Shown here in pieces: positions 1-10,112 of a stretch of 64,000 nucleotides of DNA. The notes under the pieces were generated by a model. It was not told the DNA's origin. It worked only from the letters and a program-made list of their open reading frames with translations, and searched no databases. Position numbers and translations under genes: made by a program. The stretch is taken from NCBI GenBank assembly GCA_031414595.1, contig JANNVX010000109.1, positions 22,791-86,790 of the forward strand, given 5' to 3'. The stretch's first letter is position 1, and each line of letters begins with the position of its first letter. The DNA comes from Deinococcales bacterium (GTDB lineage Bacteria > Deinococcota > Deinococci > Deinococcales > JAAFIG01).

Positions 1-2
1 TC

Positions 3-833
3 GAAGCAGAACTCCAGTTATTGGCGCAACAAGGCGTAAATTATCGAAACTTGGTTCTTGCACCGACCAGAAGCTCTTTTGGTCGTCTGGCTCAGTTTCT
101 GCGTGCCTATGATGTAACCACTTGCTACCCGCTCATGCTCGGATTCCTAAGCAGTGGCACAAACTTAGACGAACTGACTCGAGTTTCACGTACCATCGAG
201 TCATATATTTTACGCCGTGCGGCTTGTGGTTATTCTACTAAAAACTACAATAATATTTTTCTGGCGGCATTGGTTGCCTGTAAAAATTTGGGTTTTTCGC
301 ATCAAACCTTGCTTGGTTTTCTCAAGAGTCTACGCAGTGAGTCTGCTGTTTTCCCATCTGACGATGAATTTGAATCGGCATTTTTGACCGCTTCAGCCTA
401 TTACTGGGGACAGAAGCTCAGGTATATTCTGATTGAAATTAACCGCTCGTTGTTTACAGGTAAAACCGAAGAAATTGAGTTTCCTGTTCTCACCATCGAA
501 CACCTGATGCCACAAAGATGGTCAGCCAATTGGTTATTGCCGGACGGTTCAAAAGCCAACAGTCCAATGGCTGAAGATGACCCACGTTTTGACCTTTACC
601 GTCAACGAGAGAAGCACATTCATACCATTGGTAATTTGACGCTCATCACAGGGAATTTGAACGGCAGCATTTCAAATGCTTCGTGGGATGTTAAGCGCCC
701 TGAAATCCTCAATAACTCGAGCTTGCCAATCAATCAGACACTTCGGCAATACGATAACTGGGACGAAAAAACTATTGAAGAACGAGGGCAATGGCTTTTT
801 GAACAAGCCAAGAAAATCTGGTCTCGAGCTTAG
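3..833 (+). CDS. GmrSD-like (DUF262/DUF1524) restriction endonuclease, C-terminal HNH part; 5'-truncated by window edge
   Basis: Frame is open from the window start; DUF1524 motifs TIEHLMPQ and HTIGNLTLITGNLNGSISN..W..K. Confidence 0.8.
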   Translation, partial: EAELQLLAQQGVNYRNLVLAPTRSSFGRLAQFLRAYDVTTCYPLMLGFLSSGTNLDELTRVSRTIESYILRRAACGYSTKNYNNIFLAALVACKNLGFSHQTLLGFLKSLRSESAVFPSDDEFESAFLTASAYYWGQKLRYILIEINRSLFTGKTEEIEFPVLTIEHLMPQRWSANWLLPDGSKANSPMAEDDPRFDLYRQREKHIHTIGNLTLITGNLNGSISNASWDVKRPEILNNSSLPINQTLRQYDNWDEKTIEERGQWLFEQAKKIWSRA

Positions 834-861
834 AGTAGGTCAAACTGGTACACTGCCCGTC

Positions 862-2688
862 ATGTCGGACTTAAAAACACTCCTTAAACTTGCCCTCGAG
901 AAAATTGTTCCCCCCGAAATCGAAGTGGTGATTCAGGACACACCCGCAGATAAACCCGGAGACTACGGTTCGCCTGTGGCGTTTTTATTGGCAAAAGCCT
1001 TAAAGCAAAACCCAGTTCAAATTGCCAAAGAATTAGCTGCAAAAGTCGAATTGCCAGTTGGTGTAGCTCGAGCCGAAGCGGTTGGTCCTTATTTGAATTT
1101 TTTTGTTGACCAGAGTGCATTTGTGCAAAGTGTTATCTTGAGTGTCTACACGCCCGAACCCAAGAACCAAAAAGTAATTGTTGAACACACCAGTGTCAAC
1201 CCGAATAAAGAATGGCACGTTGGACATATTCGCGGGGCGCTGATTGGCGATGCACTGGGCAGAATTTACCGTGCGGCTGGGTACAATGTCGAAATTCAAA
1301 ACTATATAGACGATACGGGCAGACAAGCCGCCGAGAGTCAATTTGCCGTGAAGCATTACAATGCAGTTTGGGATGGAACGCAAAAATATGACCACTGGCT
1401 TGGCGAGTTATATGTGCGGCTGCATAAAGATTTTGACTTTAAGAAAAAAACCCCAGAAGCCCTTGCTCTCGAGCCAGCCATTGCGGAAGTGATTCATGCT
1501 TTAGAGCGCGGTGAACTGCGCCAAGAAATTGCTCGGGTGGTCAGTTCACAACTCGAGACAGCGTACAGCCTCGGAATCGAATACGACTTGCTGGTCTGGG
1601 AATCGGATGTGGTTCGGGCTGGGATTGTTGAAAAAGCCCTCGAGATTTTTGGCAGTCATTTAATCGCTCCAAGTGAAGGCAAATACGCAGGTGCAAAAGG
1701 TGTGGATTTAAGCCCGTTTGTCCCCGGACTTGAAGAACCTTTTAAGGTCTTGGTGCGCGGAAACGGCACATATGTTTACGAAACCAAAGACATTGCCTAT
1801 CACTACTGGAAATTTGGGCTTTTTGAAGGACTCGAGTATCAAAAATTTGAGATTCAAAAAGTCAGTGGTAAACAACTCTGGACTTCAAGCCCAACGGGAG
1901 AACACGAGCCAGAAGGTCATCAATTTGCCCACGCTCAGCAAGTCATAAACGTGATTGACTCGAGACAAGCCTTAGCGCAAGTGGTGGTCAAAGCTGGACT
2001 TGGTTTAATTGCCGATGGGGTGTATGTCAAAGCTCATCATCATTTAGCCAATGAAACAGTATTGCTCGAGGGTCAAACCATGTCTGGACGCAAAGGCATT
2101 ACTGTCAGTGCCGATGAAGTGATTGCCCAAGCTAAAGCTCGAGCGCTCGAGACGGTAAAAACAATTAGCCCAAATCATTCAAACTCTGAGCGTGTAGCTA
2201 CCCAAATTGGCTTGGGCGCACTCAAATTTGCTTTTGTGAAAACCACCCCAGAACGCCAAATAGATTTTCGTTGGGATGCGGCTTTGGCGTTGCAAGGGGA
2301 TACGGCTGTGGTGGTGCAGTACGCCCATGCCCGTGCCAGAAAAATTGCTCGAGAATACGTGGCTAAAGGCTTAAGCGGTACAGCCGATTTCTCGAGTTTA
2401 GGCGAACTCGAGCTTGGTGTTCTGAAAACTGTGGCAAAATACCCTGAAGTCTTGGCGCTTTGTACTCGAGATAAATCGGCGCATCCGATGTGTGCGTATG
2501 CCCTCGAGTTAGCTGGGGCTTTTAATGGCTATTACAATCATAAGGATGCCAATAATAAATCAGACACCAGTGTACTTCACGCCCCCGAAGGCTTACGCGA
2601 AGCACGGTTGGCGGTGGTCACTAGGGTAGCCGAGGCGATAAAAGAAGCGCTATTGGTACTTGGCATTGATGCACCAGACGAAATGTAG
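862..2688 (+). CDS. argS: Arginine--tRNA ligase
   Basis: GDYGSP N-domain, EHTSVNPNKEWHVGH (HIGH), MSGRKG (KMSKS-like), QYAHAR, C-terminal LGIDAPDEM; ATG at 862. Confidence 0.96.
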   Translation: MSDLKTLLKLALEKIVPPEIEVVIQDTPADKPGDYGSPVAFLLAKALKQNPVQIAKELAAKVELPVGVARAEAVGPYLNFFVDQSAFVQSVILSVYTPEPKNQKVIVEHTSVNPNKEWHVGHIRGALIGDALGRIYRAAGYNVEIQNYIDDTGRQAAESQFAVKHYNAVWDGTQKYDHWLGELYVRLHKDFDFKKKTPEALALEPAIAEVIHALERGELRQEIARVVSSQLETAYSLGIEYDLLVWESDVVRAGIVEKALEIFGSHLIAPSEGKYAGAKGVDLSPFVPGLEEPFKVLVRGNGTYVYETKDIAYHYWKFGLFEGLEYQKFEIQKVSGKQLWTSSPTGEHEPEGHQFAHAQQVINVIDSRQALAQVVVKAGLGLIADGVYVKAHHHLANETVLLEGQTMSGRKGITVSADEVIAQAKARALETVKTISPNHSNSERVATQIGLGALKFAFVKTTPERQIDFRWDAALALQGDTAVVVQYAHARARKIAREYVAKGLSGTADFSSLGELELGVLKTVAKYPEVLALCTRDKSAHPMCAYALELAGAFNGYYNHKDANNKSDTSVLHAPEGLREARLAVVTRVAEAIKEALLVLGIDAPDEM

Positions 2689-2809
2689 GCTATTTTTTTG
2701 CTTGGGTCTCGAGATTTTATCTTTATTCCCACAAAACTCTAGGGCTTGATGTTTTGCAAACGGCGCTCATTGGGTTTACCTTTTCCACCAAAATCTCGTA
2801 GAATACAAT

Positions 2810-5677
2810 GTGCTTCGGCTTTTAGGAACTGCCACTTATGACCACAAGCCCGTCACGCTTGAACGGTCTTTGTATCTGGTGGCTTTGTTGGTCTGTCAAA
2901 ATTCTTGGATGTCTCGAGAAGAGATGATTTTGCTTTTATGGGCAGAAGATGATTCGGGTAATATGGTCAAACAACGCCTTCGTCAGTTGCTTTACCGCGC
3001 TAAACAAATGCCTTATGCTGCCGAACTTGAAGTCAGTAGTACCCATTTACGCTTTAATGCCACCACCGATGTGCAATTATTCAGAAACGCGATTCAACAG
3101 CGCCATTGGTCAGAAGCGATTGCCTTATACCAAGGTGAATTCCTGCGTCATGCGGTTGTAGACTTGTCCGAACTTGACGAATGGTTTGCTTTAGAACGAG
3201 CCACCTTAAGTGCTGATTTTCGCTTGGCGGTCTTAGAACAGGCTTCTAAACTGCCCGCCCAAGAAGCGGCTTTATTGCTGGAGCAAGCCATGACCCATGA
3301 CCCGCTCAATGAGGAGTTGCTAAAAACACTGCTTGGTTACGCCAGCCAAGACCCCGAAATTGGACTTCGCGCCTATACACAATATGCCTTAGAATTGGCG
3401 CAAACTTTACAACTTGAACCTTCTAAAGAAGTACGTGTCTTGGTGAGAGCCTTACCTGAAAAAAGCACACAAGTAACACCCAAACCACAATTTAAGTTAC
3501 CAACCCCGAGCAGTGCCTTTGTGGGTCGTCAAGCCGAACTTGACCAAATCATGCAACGTTTAAGCGACCCCCGTTGTCGAATCCTGAGCTTGGTTGGGGT
3601 CGGGGGAATCGGTAAAACTCGGCTGGCGCTCGAGGTTGCCACTCGTATGCAAGCCGATGGAAGCACTCGTATGCAAGCCGATGGAAGCACTGGTATCTCT
3701 GAAGATGTGGTGTTTGTGGACCTTGCTCGGCTGAGCAACCATGAATTTGTCCCCCATGCAATCCTTGAAGCGATTGGCGAACGCCCTACCGAAAACCCAC
3801 TTGAACACCTTAAAGAAGTCTTGGCTAGTAAAAAACTGCTTTTGATTTTGGATAACTTTGAACATCTGATGCAAGCCAGAGAAGTCGTGACTGGTTTACT
3901 TCAGCACACCACCATGACCAGATTTATCGTCACTTCTCGAGAAAGCCTAGGACTTTTGCAGGAACAAGTCATAGAACTCCGAGGTTTACCTGCCCCAGAT
4001 ACTGTTTTTCCACTCGAGACTCAAGATGCGGCTCGGTTGTTTTTACGGGCTGCCCAACACAGTCAACTTGATTTTACTTTTGCCCAAGACTTTAAGGCTT
4101 TTGAGCGAATTTATAAAGCGGTCGAAGGCACGCCGCTCGGTTTAGAATTGGCTGCCAGTTGGGTCAGAACCCTCAGCCTAAGCCAAATTGCCAGCGAACT
4201 CGAACGTAGCCTCGATATGCTGAGTCTCGACGCGCCAGATATGCCTAGCCGTCACCGCAGTTTTGCGGCTGTCTTTGCTTCAAGCTGGACACTACTCAAT
4301 AAAGCCGAACAAGCAGTCCTCACTAAACTTTCAGTTTTTCAAGGCGGATTTGATAAGGATATGGCAATCCAAGTGGCTGGCACAAATCTGACTTTGCTGC
4401 TGCGCTTGGTCAATAAATCTTTAATCTCGAGACGTGATCAACGCTTTGTGATGCACGAAATGATCCGCCAGTACAGCCAAGAAAATCATCTGCCTGAAAG
4501 CCAATATCAAACCCTTCAAGCCCTGTGTAAAGTCGCCCTAGATTTAAGCGGCAAATGGTATGCCCACCGCAATGGCGAACAGATTGGCGAATGGAGTAAA
4601 CGTCTCGAGCAAGACCATGACAACATCCGTACTGCTTTAGCTTGGGCGCTGCAACACGATACCTTGACTGGGACAACTATTTGTGGGCAATTAGAACACT
4701 TTTGGTATATCCGAGGTCATCACCGCGAAGGGCTGAACTGGGCAAGGCAGTTTGAACCGCTTTACCAAGACCTAGACCAAAAGCGTGTGCTTTTACTATG
4801 GACAATCATTAGTCTGTCTAAAGAACTTGGCGAATACGATTTGGCAAAGGCAACCCTAGAAACCTACCGCCAACTGGCAATTACACTTCAGGATAAGCGA
4901 TTGATTGCCAATTACGAAAAATTAGTTGGATTTATAGCCCATGAACAAGGTCATTTGGATTTAGCCAAAATACATTTGGAAAATTCTTTGCAAATTCATA
5001 TTGAATTTAACAACCAGTATTCTATTGCCACCTGCCACAACAGTTTAGGGGTCATTGCTGCCAAACAAGGACTTTACGCAGCAGCCAAACATCACGCCGA
5101 GGAAGCCTTGCGCTTAAAACGCATCATCGGAGATAAACATGGTGTTGCTTATGCCATTGAAAATCTTGGGATAATTGCTGGTCAACAAGGCGATTATGCT
5201 TTAGAAAAAGTCATGATGGAAGAAGCCTTGCGCTTAAACCGTGAACTTGGCGATCAACAAGGGATCGCCAAAAGTATTTATGCGCTTGGAAAAAATGCAC
5301 TCGAGCAGAATCAAATTCAAAATGCAATCCAGTTTTGCCTTGAAGCCTTTGACATATGTTGTCGTTTGGAACGCCGTTATTTAATGATTCAACTGATTCA
5401 TACCTTTGCCCAGATTGCCAGTCGGCTCGGGCAACCGCTAACAGCTTGGCGCTTTATTACCCTAAGCATTCACCTTTCAAACCAATTGCACAGTCTGCCA
5501 CCACAATCATGGTTTACTGAACAGCGTGACTGGCAAAAAGAAAGTAACTTAACGGCGACACAACTGGCAAAACTCGAGTTTGAACTAGAAAAACAACCAC
5601 AGTTTGAGCGAATCCAAGAGATTTTTTTGTGGTTATCACAATCCCAAGTTTTGGTTCAAACACTGGTAAACAGCTAA
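2810..5677 (+). CDS. SARP/BTAD + STAND (NB-ARC-like) ATPase + TPR transcriptional regulator (AfsR-like)
   Basis: BTAD-like ALYQGEFL..EWF, FVGRQAEL, Walker A GVGGIGKT, LLILDNFEH, TSRE, GTPLGLELAA, C-terminal TPRs. Confidence 0.88.
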   Translation: MLRLLGTATYDHKPVTLERSLYLVALLVCQNSWMSREEMILLLWAEDDSGNMVKQRLRQLLYRAKQMPYAAELEVSSTHLRFNATTDVQLFRNAIQQRHWSEAIALYQGEFLRHAVVDLSELDEWFALERATLSADFRLAVLEQASKLPAQEAALLLEQAMTHDPLNEELLKTLLGYASQDPEIGLRAYTQYALELAQTLQLEPSKEVRVLVRALPEKSTQVTPKPQFKLPTPSSAFVGRQAELDQIMQRLSDPRCRILSLVGVGGIGKTRLALEVATRMQADGSTRMQADGSTGISEDVVFVDLARLSNHEFVPHAILEAIGERPTENPLEHLKEVLASKKLLLILDNFEHLMQAREVVTGLLQHTTMTRFIVTSRESLGLLQEQVIELRGLPAPDTVFPLETQDAARLFLRAAQHSQLDFTFAQDFKAFERIYKAVEGTPLGLELAASWVRTLSLSQIASELERSLDMLSLDAPDMPSRHRSFAAVFASSWTLLNKAEQAVLTKLSVFQGGFDKDMAIQVAGTNLTLLLRLVNKSLISRRDQRFVMHEMIRQYSQENHLPESQYQTLQALCKVALDLSGKWYAHRNGEQIGEWSKRLEQDHDNIRTALAWALQHDTLTGTTICGQLEHFWYIRGHHREGLNWARQFEPLYQDLDQKRVLLLWTIISLSKELGEYDLAKATLETYRQLAITLQDKRLIANYEKLVGFIAHEQGHLDLAKIHLENSLQIHIEFNNQYSIATCHNSLGVIAAKQGLYAAAKHHAEEALRLKRIIGDKHGVAYAIENLGIIAGQQGDYALEKVMMEEALRLNRELGDQQGIAKSIYALGKNALEQNQIQNAIQFCLEAFDICCRLERRYLMIQLIHTFAQIASRLGQPLTAWRFITLSIHLSNQLHSLPPQSWFTEQRDWQKESNLTATQLAKLEFELEKQPQFERIQEIFLWLSQSQVLVQTLVNS
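3640..3691 (+). repeat. In-frame 24-bp tandem duplication (TRMQADGS x2)
   Basis: ACTCGTATGCAAGCCGATGGAAGC occurs twice (3641-3664, 3665-3688). Confidence 0.95.
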
Positions 5678-5684
5678 AACAAGT

Positions 5685-6677
5685 CTATACGCCTTTTAGA
5701 ATTGTTTCGATTTGCTCGAGTTCGGCACTGCTAAAACCTAAGTTGTTCAATGCACCAACTGCATCTTCGATTTGCGATACCTTACTTGCGCCAATCAGTG
5801 CCGAATTGACTTCGGGTAGGCGCAGCACCCAAGCCAATGCCATTTGTGCCAGTGTTTGCCCTCGAGTCTCTGCTAAGGCGTTTAAGCGCCTGACCTTCTC
5901 GAGTTTGTCATCGGTCAAGTGTTCTGGTCTTAAAAAACCGTGGGCTTTGCTGGCGCGTGAACCTTCAGGTAAGCCTTTTAAGTATTTATCCGAAAGTAAA
6001 CCCTGTGCGAGTGGCGAAAACACGATTGAACCAATGCCTTTTTCGTGTAGCACATCGGTTAATCCATTTTCAATCCAACGGTCAAACATATGGTAATTCG
6101 GTTGGTGAATTAAGCACGGTGTACCAAGTTGACCCAAAATTTTAGCAGCTTCTTTGGTTTGTTCTGGGTTGTAACTCGAGATTCCAGCGTACAAAGCCCG
6201 ACCACTGCGAACAATAAAGTCAAGCGCTTGCATCGTTTCCTCGAGCGGTGTGTTTGGGTCAAAGCGGTGCGAATAAAAAATATCCACATATGGGACATTC
6301 ATGCGTTTGAGGCTTTGGTCACAACTGGCAACCAAGTATTTGCGGCTGCCCCATTCACCGTAAGGTCCTGACCACATGAAGTAACCAGCCTTACTCGAGA
6401 GAATTAACTCATCACGGTACGGCTTAAAGTCATCTTGGTAAATTCGTCCAAAGTTCTCTTCGGCGCTGCCCGGAGGAGGACCATAATTATTAGCCAAGTC
6501 AAAATGGTTAATCCCAAGGTCAAAAGCACGGCGTAGCATCGCACGGCTGTTTTCAAAATTATCCACCCCACCAAAGTTATGCCACAAACCGAGTGAAATC
6601 GCGGGCAGTTGCAGTCCGCTTTTGCCGACCCGATTGTATTTCATGGTGTCATACCGATTGTCTGAAGCTAAATACAT
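5685..6677 (-). CDS. Aldo/keto reductase, L-glyceraldehyde-3-phosphate reductase (YghZ/Gpr family)
   Basis: LPAISLGLWHNFG, FDLANNYGPPPGSAEENFG, IFYSHRFDP, FSPLAQGLL; ATG at 6677. Confidence 0.9.
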   Translation of the reverse strand: MYLASDNRYDTMKYNRVGKSGLQLPAISLGLWHNFGGVDNFENSRAMLRRAFDLGINHFDLANNYGPPPGSAEENFGRIYQDDFKPYRDELILSSKAGYFMWSGPYGEWGSRKYLVASCDQSLKRMNVPYVDIFYSHRFDPNTPLEETMQALDFIVRSGRALYAGISSYNPEQTKEAAKILGQLGTPCLIHQPNYHMFDRWIENGLTDVLHEKGIGSIVFSPLAQGLLSDKYLKGLPEGSRASKAHGFLRPEHLTDDKLEKVRRLNALAETRGQTLAQMALAWVLRLPEVNSALIGASKVSQIEDAVGALNNLGFSSAELEQIETILKGV

Positions 6678-6700
6678 GATTTGAAATTGTAACAGGTTTT

Positions 6701-6764
6701 CGTAGGGGTGAACCTTCTTGACCATAAACACGCACCTGACGGGCATGGTCGCTTGTGTTCATCC
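6701..6764 (+). repeat. GTAG-type REP-like palindrome (CGTAGGGGTGAAC-CTTGT-GTTCATCC) interrupted by mini-element E1
   Basis: Removing 6714-6751 restores a GTAG-footed hairpin GGGTGAAC/GTTCATCC. Confidence 0.7.
6714..6751 (+). mobile_element. 38-bp structured mini-element, copy E1
   Basis: CTTCTT-GACCAT-AAACAC-GCACC-TGAC-GGGC-ATGGTC-G; related copies at 8707, 10754 and 60121. Confidence 0.7.
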
Positions 6765-7008
6765 TGTGAGACAAAGTAATTTGGAATTGCCCTATCCTCT
6801 AAGCTGTTTACCCAATATCCCTGAAAGCTCAGAACAATTAGAATTTTTACATGGCACGTCAGAAAGTTAAAAAAACCGATCTTGAAAAACTAAAAATTGT
6901 CCTCGAGAAACCCAAATCAATTCTTGGTCACATCGTCTCGAGACCTGTGCAAACCCACGACAACGAACGCCGCTATAACCGTAAGCGCGATAAGAAAGTT
7001 GCCGAGGA

Positions 7009-8310
7009 ATGAAAGAACTCCTTGCTACGGCGGGTGGTCGCACCTTTTTAACGATGTGGCTTGGACAGAGCATTTCTGGTTTTGGCTCGAGACTGACGAT
7101 TTTTGCCTTTGGCATTTGGTTGTACAAAGAAACGGGTTTGGCGACACCGCTTTATTTAACGGCTTTGGCGGGTTTTTTACCGGGCGTGCTGCTCGCGCCT
7201 ATTGCTGGGGTGATTGTTGATCGTACCGACCGCCGTACTGTGATGATTTTGGTTAATTGTGTTCATACCGTGGTGACACTGGCACAGTTTTTTGTCATCT
7301 CGAGTGGACAGACCAATTTGCCAATTATTCTTGGGCTGCTGGCAATTTCTAGTGCCGCCGAAACGTTTCAGTGGCCAGCCGAATCCTCGAGCATGAGTGT
7401 GCTTGTGCCACCAAGTCAACTTGGTCAAGCCAATGGTCTGTACGCAATGATGGGCGGAGCAGGGGATTTAATCGCCCCGATTGCTGGGGCGTTACTGGTC
7501 TCGAGTATTGGTATCGCTGGGATTTTACTGATTGACCTTGCCAGTTTTGCATTTGAGTTCTTGACGCTGTTTGTGATTCGGATTCCACCTCCAACTCAGT
7601 CGGTTATCGGCTCAAAGATGCAGGGCGGGGTGTTGGCTCAAGCCAGAGATGGTTTTAAGTTCATCACCTCGAGACCGGGGTTATTTAGTTTGCTGATTAC
7701 TTTTTCGGGCGTGAATTTTCTGCTTGGAATTATCCAAAATCTTCAAGTGCCTCTGATTTTATCGCGAAGCACTGACCCAAGTGCGGTTGGTGTTATCGCC
7801 TCGAGTTTTGGCGTGGGGGTCTTGTTGGGGGGATTTTACATGACCAGCACGGGCGGTTTGCGTCCTCGAGTCCATGGGGTTTTTGCTGGGATTGGTTTTT
7901 CTGGCTTGCTTGGTACGGCTTTATTTGGTGTGGCGCAGAGTATTCCAATTTGGATGTTGGCTAATTTCTTTTTTGGTTTTCTGATGCCTGTCTTAAACGG
8001 CTCGAGTCAGAGTATTTGGCAGTCTAAAACTCCACCAGATATTCAAGGCAGGGTTTTTGCGGCGCGGCGGCAAATCGCCCAGATTACCAGTCCAATGGCA
8101 TTTATTATTGCGGGTCCACTGGCAGATTTGGTTTTTAAGCCGTATTTTGCCACAGCCGATGCTTGGACTTGGTTGCTTGGTGGCTCGAGCGGACGTGGTT
8201 ACGCAGCGATGTTCCTCATTTTTGGTTTTCTGACTTGCGCTTGGGGTTTTGCTGGGTATTTTCGTCCTGCGGCTCGCAATGTCGAACGTGATATTCCAGA
8301 TGCGGTTTGA
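7009..8310 (+). CDS. MFS transporter (MefA/H+ antiporter-like exporter)
   Basis: WLGQSISGFG, AGVIVDRTDRRTVM (motif A), QSIWQSKTPPDIQGRVF; about 12 hydrophobic segments. Confidence 0.9.
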   Translation: MKELLATAGGRTFLTMWLGQSISGFGSRLTIFAFGIWLYKETGLATPLYLTALAGFLPGVLLAPIAGVIVDRTDRRTVMILVNCVHTVVTLAQFFVISSGQTNLPIILGLLAISSAAETFQWPAESSSMSVLVPPSQLGQANGLYAMMGGAGDLIAPIAGALLVSSIGIAGILLIDLASFAFEFLTLFVIRIPPPTQSVIGSKMQGGVLAQARDGFKFITSRPGLFSLLITFSGVNFLLGIIQNLQVPLILSRSTDPSAVGVIASSFGVGVLLGGFYMTSTGGLRPRVHGVFAGIGFSGLLGTALFGVAQSIPIWMLANFFFGFLMPVLNGSSQSIWQSKTPPDIQGRVFAARRQIAQITSPMAFIIAGPLADLVFKPYFATADAWTWLLGGSSGRGYAAMFLIFGFLTCAWGFAGYFRPAARNVERDIPDAV

Positions 8311-8346
8311 AATGTATTCATCATTTTGATTGTGTAGACTTTGCGT

Positions 8347-8984
8347 ATGGCATACAGCAATTTTACACTACAAGAAGTGCTGAAAAAATTTGACCTTAAA
8401 CTCGAGGAAAGCCGTAATTTGTTTGCAGATGTCACACCTCGAGTACCCACGGCACTTTTGACTGCATGGCTCGAGCAAAAAATTCCTTTGGCATTGACAC
8501 TTTCTACCGAAAAAGCCCGTAGTGAATTTATTATTGCCCCAATTCTCGCGAGGTTCGTGAATTGTTGGGTAAACGATTTTCGTTGTTTTCGGGAATAGAT
8601 TTTACGGTTGACTCGAGTCTAGGCTTAAATGGCGAGTGTGATTTTTTGTTTTCTAAGTCGCCAGAGCAATTGGTTTTACTTGCACCTGTGGTTAGTGTGG
8701 TTGAGGCGATTCCGCCCGAAGGTGCGTCTTGGAATCAAGAAGCTAAAAATGAGAGTTTTAGGAACGGTTTAGCTCAGGCTTGCGCCGAAATGCTGGCGGC
8801 TCGGGTTTTTAATGAACGCGAAGAGCATCCACTCGAGCGGGTTTTTGGAGCAGTGACCACAGGTGATGATTGGCAATTTTTAATCCTCGAGGGAAATACA
8901 TTATTTGTGGGTAGTAAACGCTACCACCTAGAAGAACTCCCACAAATTCTAGGAATTTTTTGCCATATGCTCGAGACAGCTTGA
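8347..8984 (+). pseudogene. Frameshifted PD-(D/E)XK-like hypothetical protein (MAYSNFTL..EKARSEFIIAPIL..CDFL..VEAK..GAVTTG..WQFL family)
   Basis: ORFs 8347-8598 and 8562-8984 join at ATT CTC GC GAG GTT (~8548); also carries a 36-bp in-frame insertion at 8707-8742. Confidence 0.75.
8707..8742 (-). mobile_element. 36-bp structured mini-element, copy E2 (in frame, adds 12 aa: VVEA-IPPEGASWNQEA-K)
   Basis: Minus strand reads CTTCTT-GATTCC-AAGAC-GCACC-TTC-GGGC-GGAATC-G; removal restores GAG GCT AAA (EAK). Confidence 0.72.
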
Positions 8985-9180
8985 CGCGCTTTTGCTTATG
9001 ACGTTTGTTATTCTCGAGACTTCACTTTTTTCTAATTTTTTTTACATAAAATCCTCATGCTGTATACTTATTGCCTTTTGAAGTAAAACTGTGTTGTATG
9101 GGACATTCTGGGTTTGACCTTAGCGGCTTACACCACTAAAATGAGACGCTTATCGTTATTATCTTAGAGGAGGCTGGAAA

Positions 9181-9573
9181 GTGGATTACACAACAGAGGT
9201 GACAGGTGCGTTGTACATTGGTCTGTTTGCGTTGATTGGGGCGGGAATTGTTTATATCACGCTCGAGATTGCAAAGTTGGCGTTTTTTTATGCAGGGTCG
9301 CGGCGATTCGGCGGCAATAAAGCTAAGGATTCGGTTTACGAATGTGGTATGGAAACCATTGGCGATACCAATGTGCAATTCAATTTGAATTACTACTTGT
9401 TTGCCATGCTTTTTGTGATTTTTGATGTCGAAGCTGCACTGCTCTATCCGTGGGCTGTGGCATTCGATACTCTTGGGGTCGGTGGTTTACTTGCCGTGCT
9501 GTCTTTCTTGGTGATTTTGTTCCTTGGGTTTTTATACGCACTTCGTAAAGGAGCATTAAAATGGGTTTACTAG
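9181..9573 (+). CDS. nuoA: NADH-quinone oxidoreductase subunit A
   Basis: [38 protein letters not shown] start after GGAGG. Confidence 0.95.
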   Translation: MDYTTEVTGALYIGLFALIGAGIVYITLEIAKLAFFYAGSRRFGGNKAKDSVYECGMETIGDTNVQFNLNYYLFAMLFVIFDVEAALLYPWAVAFDTLGVGGLLAVLSFLVILFLGFLYALRKGALKWVY

Positions 9574-10112
9574 GCACGCAAGCTCGTCCGGATAACGTTA
9601 TTCTTGGTTCGCTTGATGATTTAATTAACCTCTCTCGTTCGAGAAGTTTATGGCCCTTAACTTTTGGTATTGCTTGCTGTGCCATCGAAATGATGAACTC
9701 GAGCGCCACCCGTTACGACATGGATCGTTTTGGCGTTTTTTACCGCAATACGCCGCGTCAAGCCGATGTGATGATTGTCTCGGGGACGGTTAATAAAAAA
9801 ATGGGTAAGGTCGTGCGTCAACTTTGGGAGCAAATGTCCGAGCCTAAATGGGTCATCAGCATGGGCGCATGTGCCAACCAAGGTGGACCATTTCGCCAAG
9901 GCTATAGCGTGGTTGAAGGGGTAGACAAAATTATCCCCGTAGATATTTATGTTCCCGGTTGCCCGCCGCGTCCCGAAGCCCTGATGCAAGCCCTGCTTTT
10001 GCTGCGAGACAAAATCGCTGACCCTGCGGCGCGTTATGTGCCGGGGACAATGATGGATGCTGATTTTGACCCACTCGCTGAACCCGGTCATGATGGACGG
10101 GTGTTGTTGTGA
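9561..10112 (+). CDS. nuoB: NADH-quinone oxidoreductase subunit B
   Basis: [37 protein letters not shown]. Confidence 0.97.
   Translation: MGLLGTQARPDNVILGSLDDLINLSRSRSLWPLTFGIACCAIEMMNSSATRYDMDRFGVFYRNTPRQADVMIVSGTVNKKMGKVVRQLWEQMSEPKWVISMGACANQGGPFRQGYSVVEGVDKIIPVDIYVPGCPPRPEALMQALLLLRDKIADPAARYVPGTMMDADFDPLAEPGHDGRVLL

Noticed and set aside
676-861. N-terminal extension of ArgS in the ORF track
   Set aside because: It overlaps the upstream nuclease gene; homology starts at ATG 862.
6765-7008. Long intergenic region upstream of the MFS gene as a possible ncRNA or tRNA
   Set aside because: No cloverleaf, terminator or known riboswitch motif could be identified.
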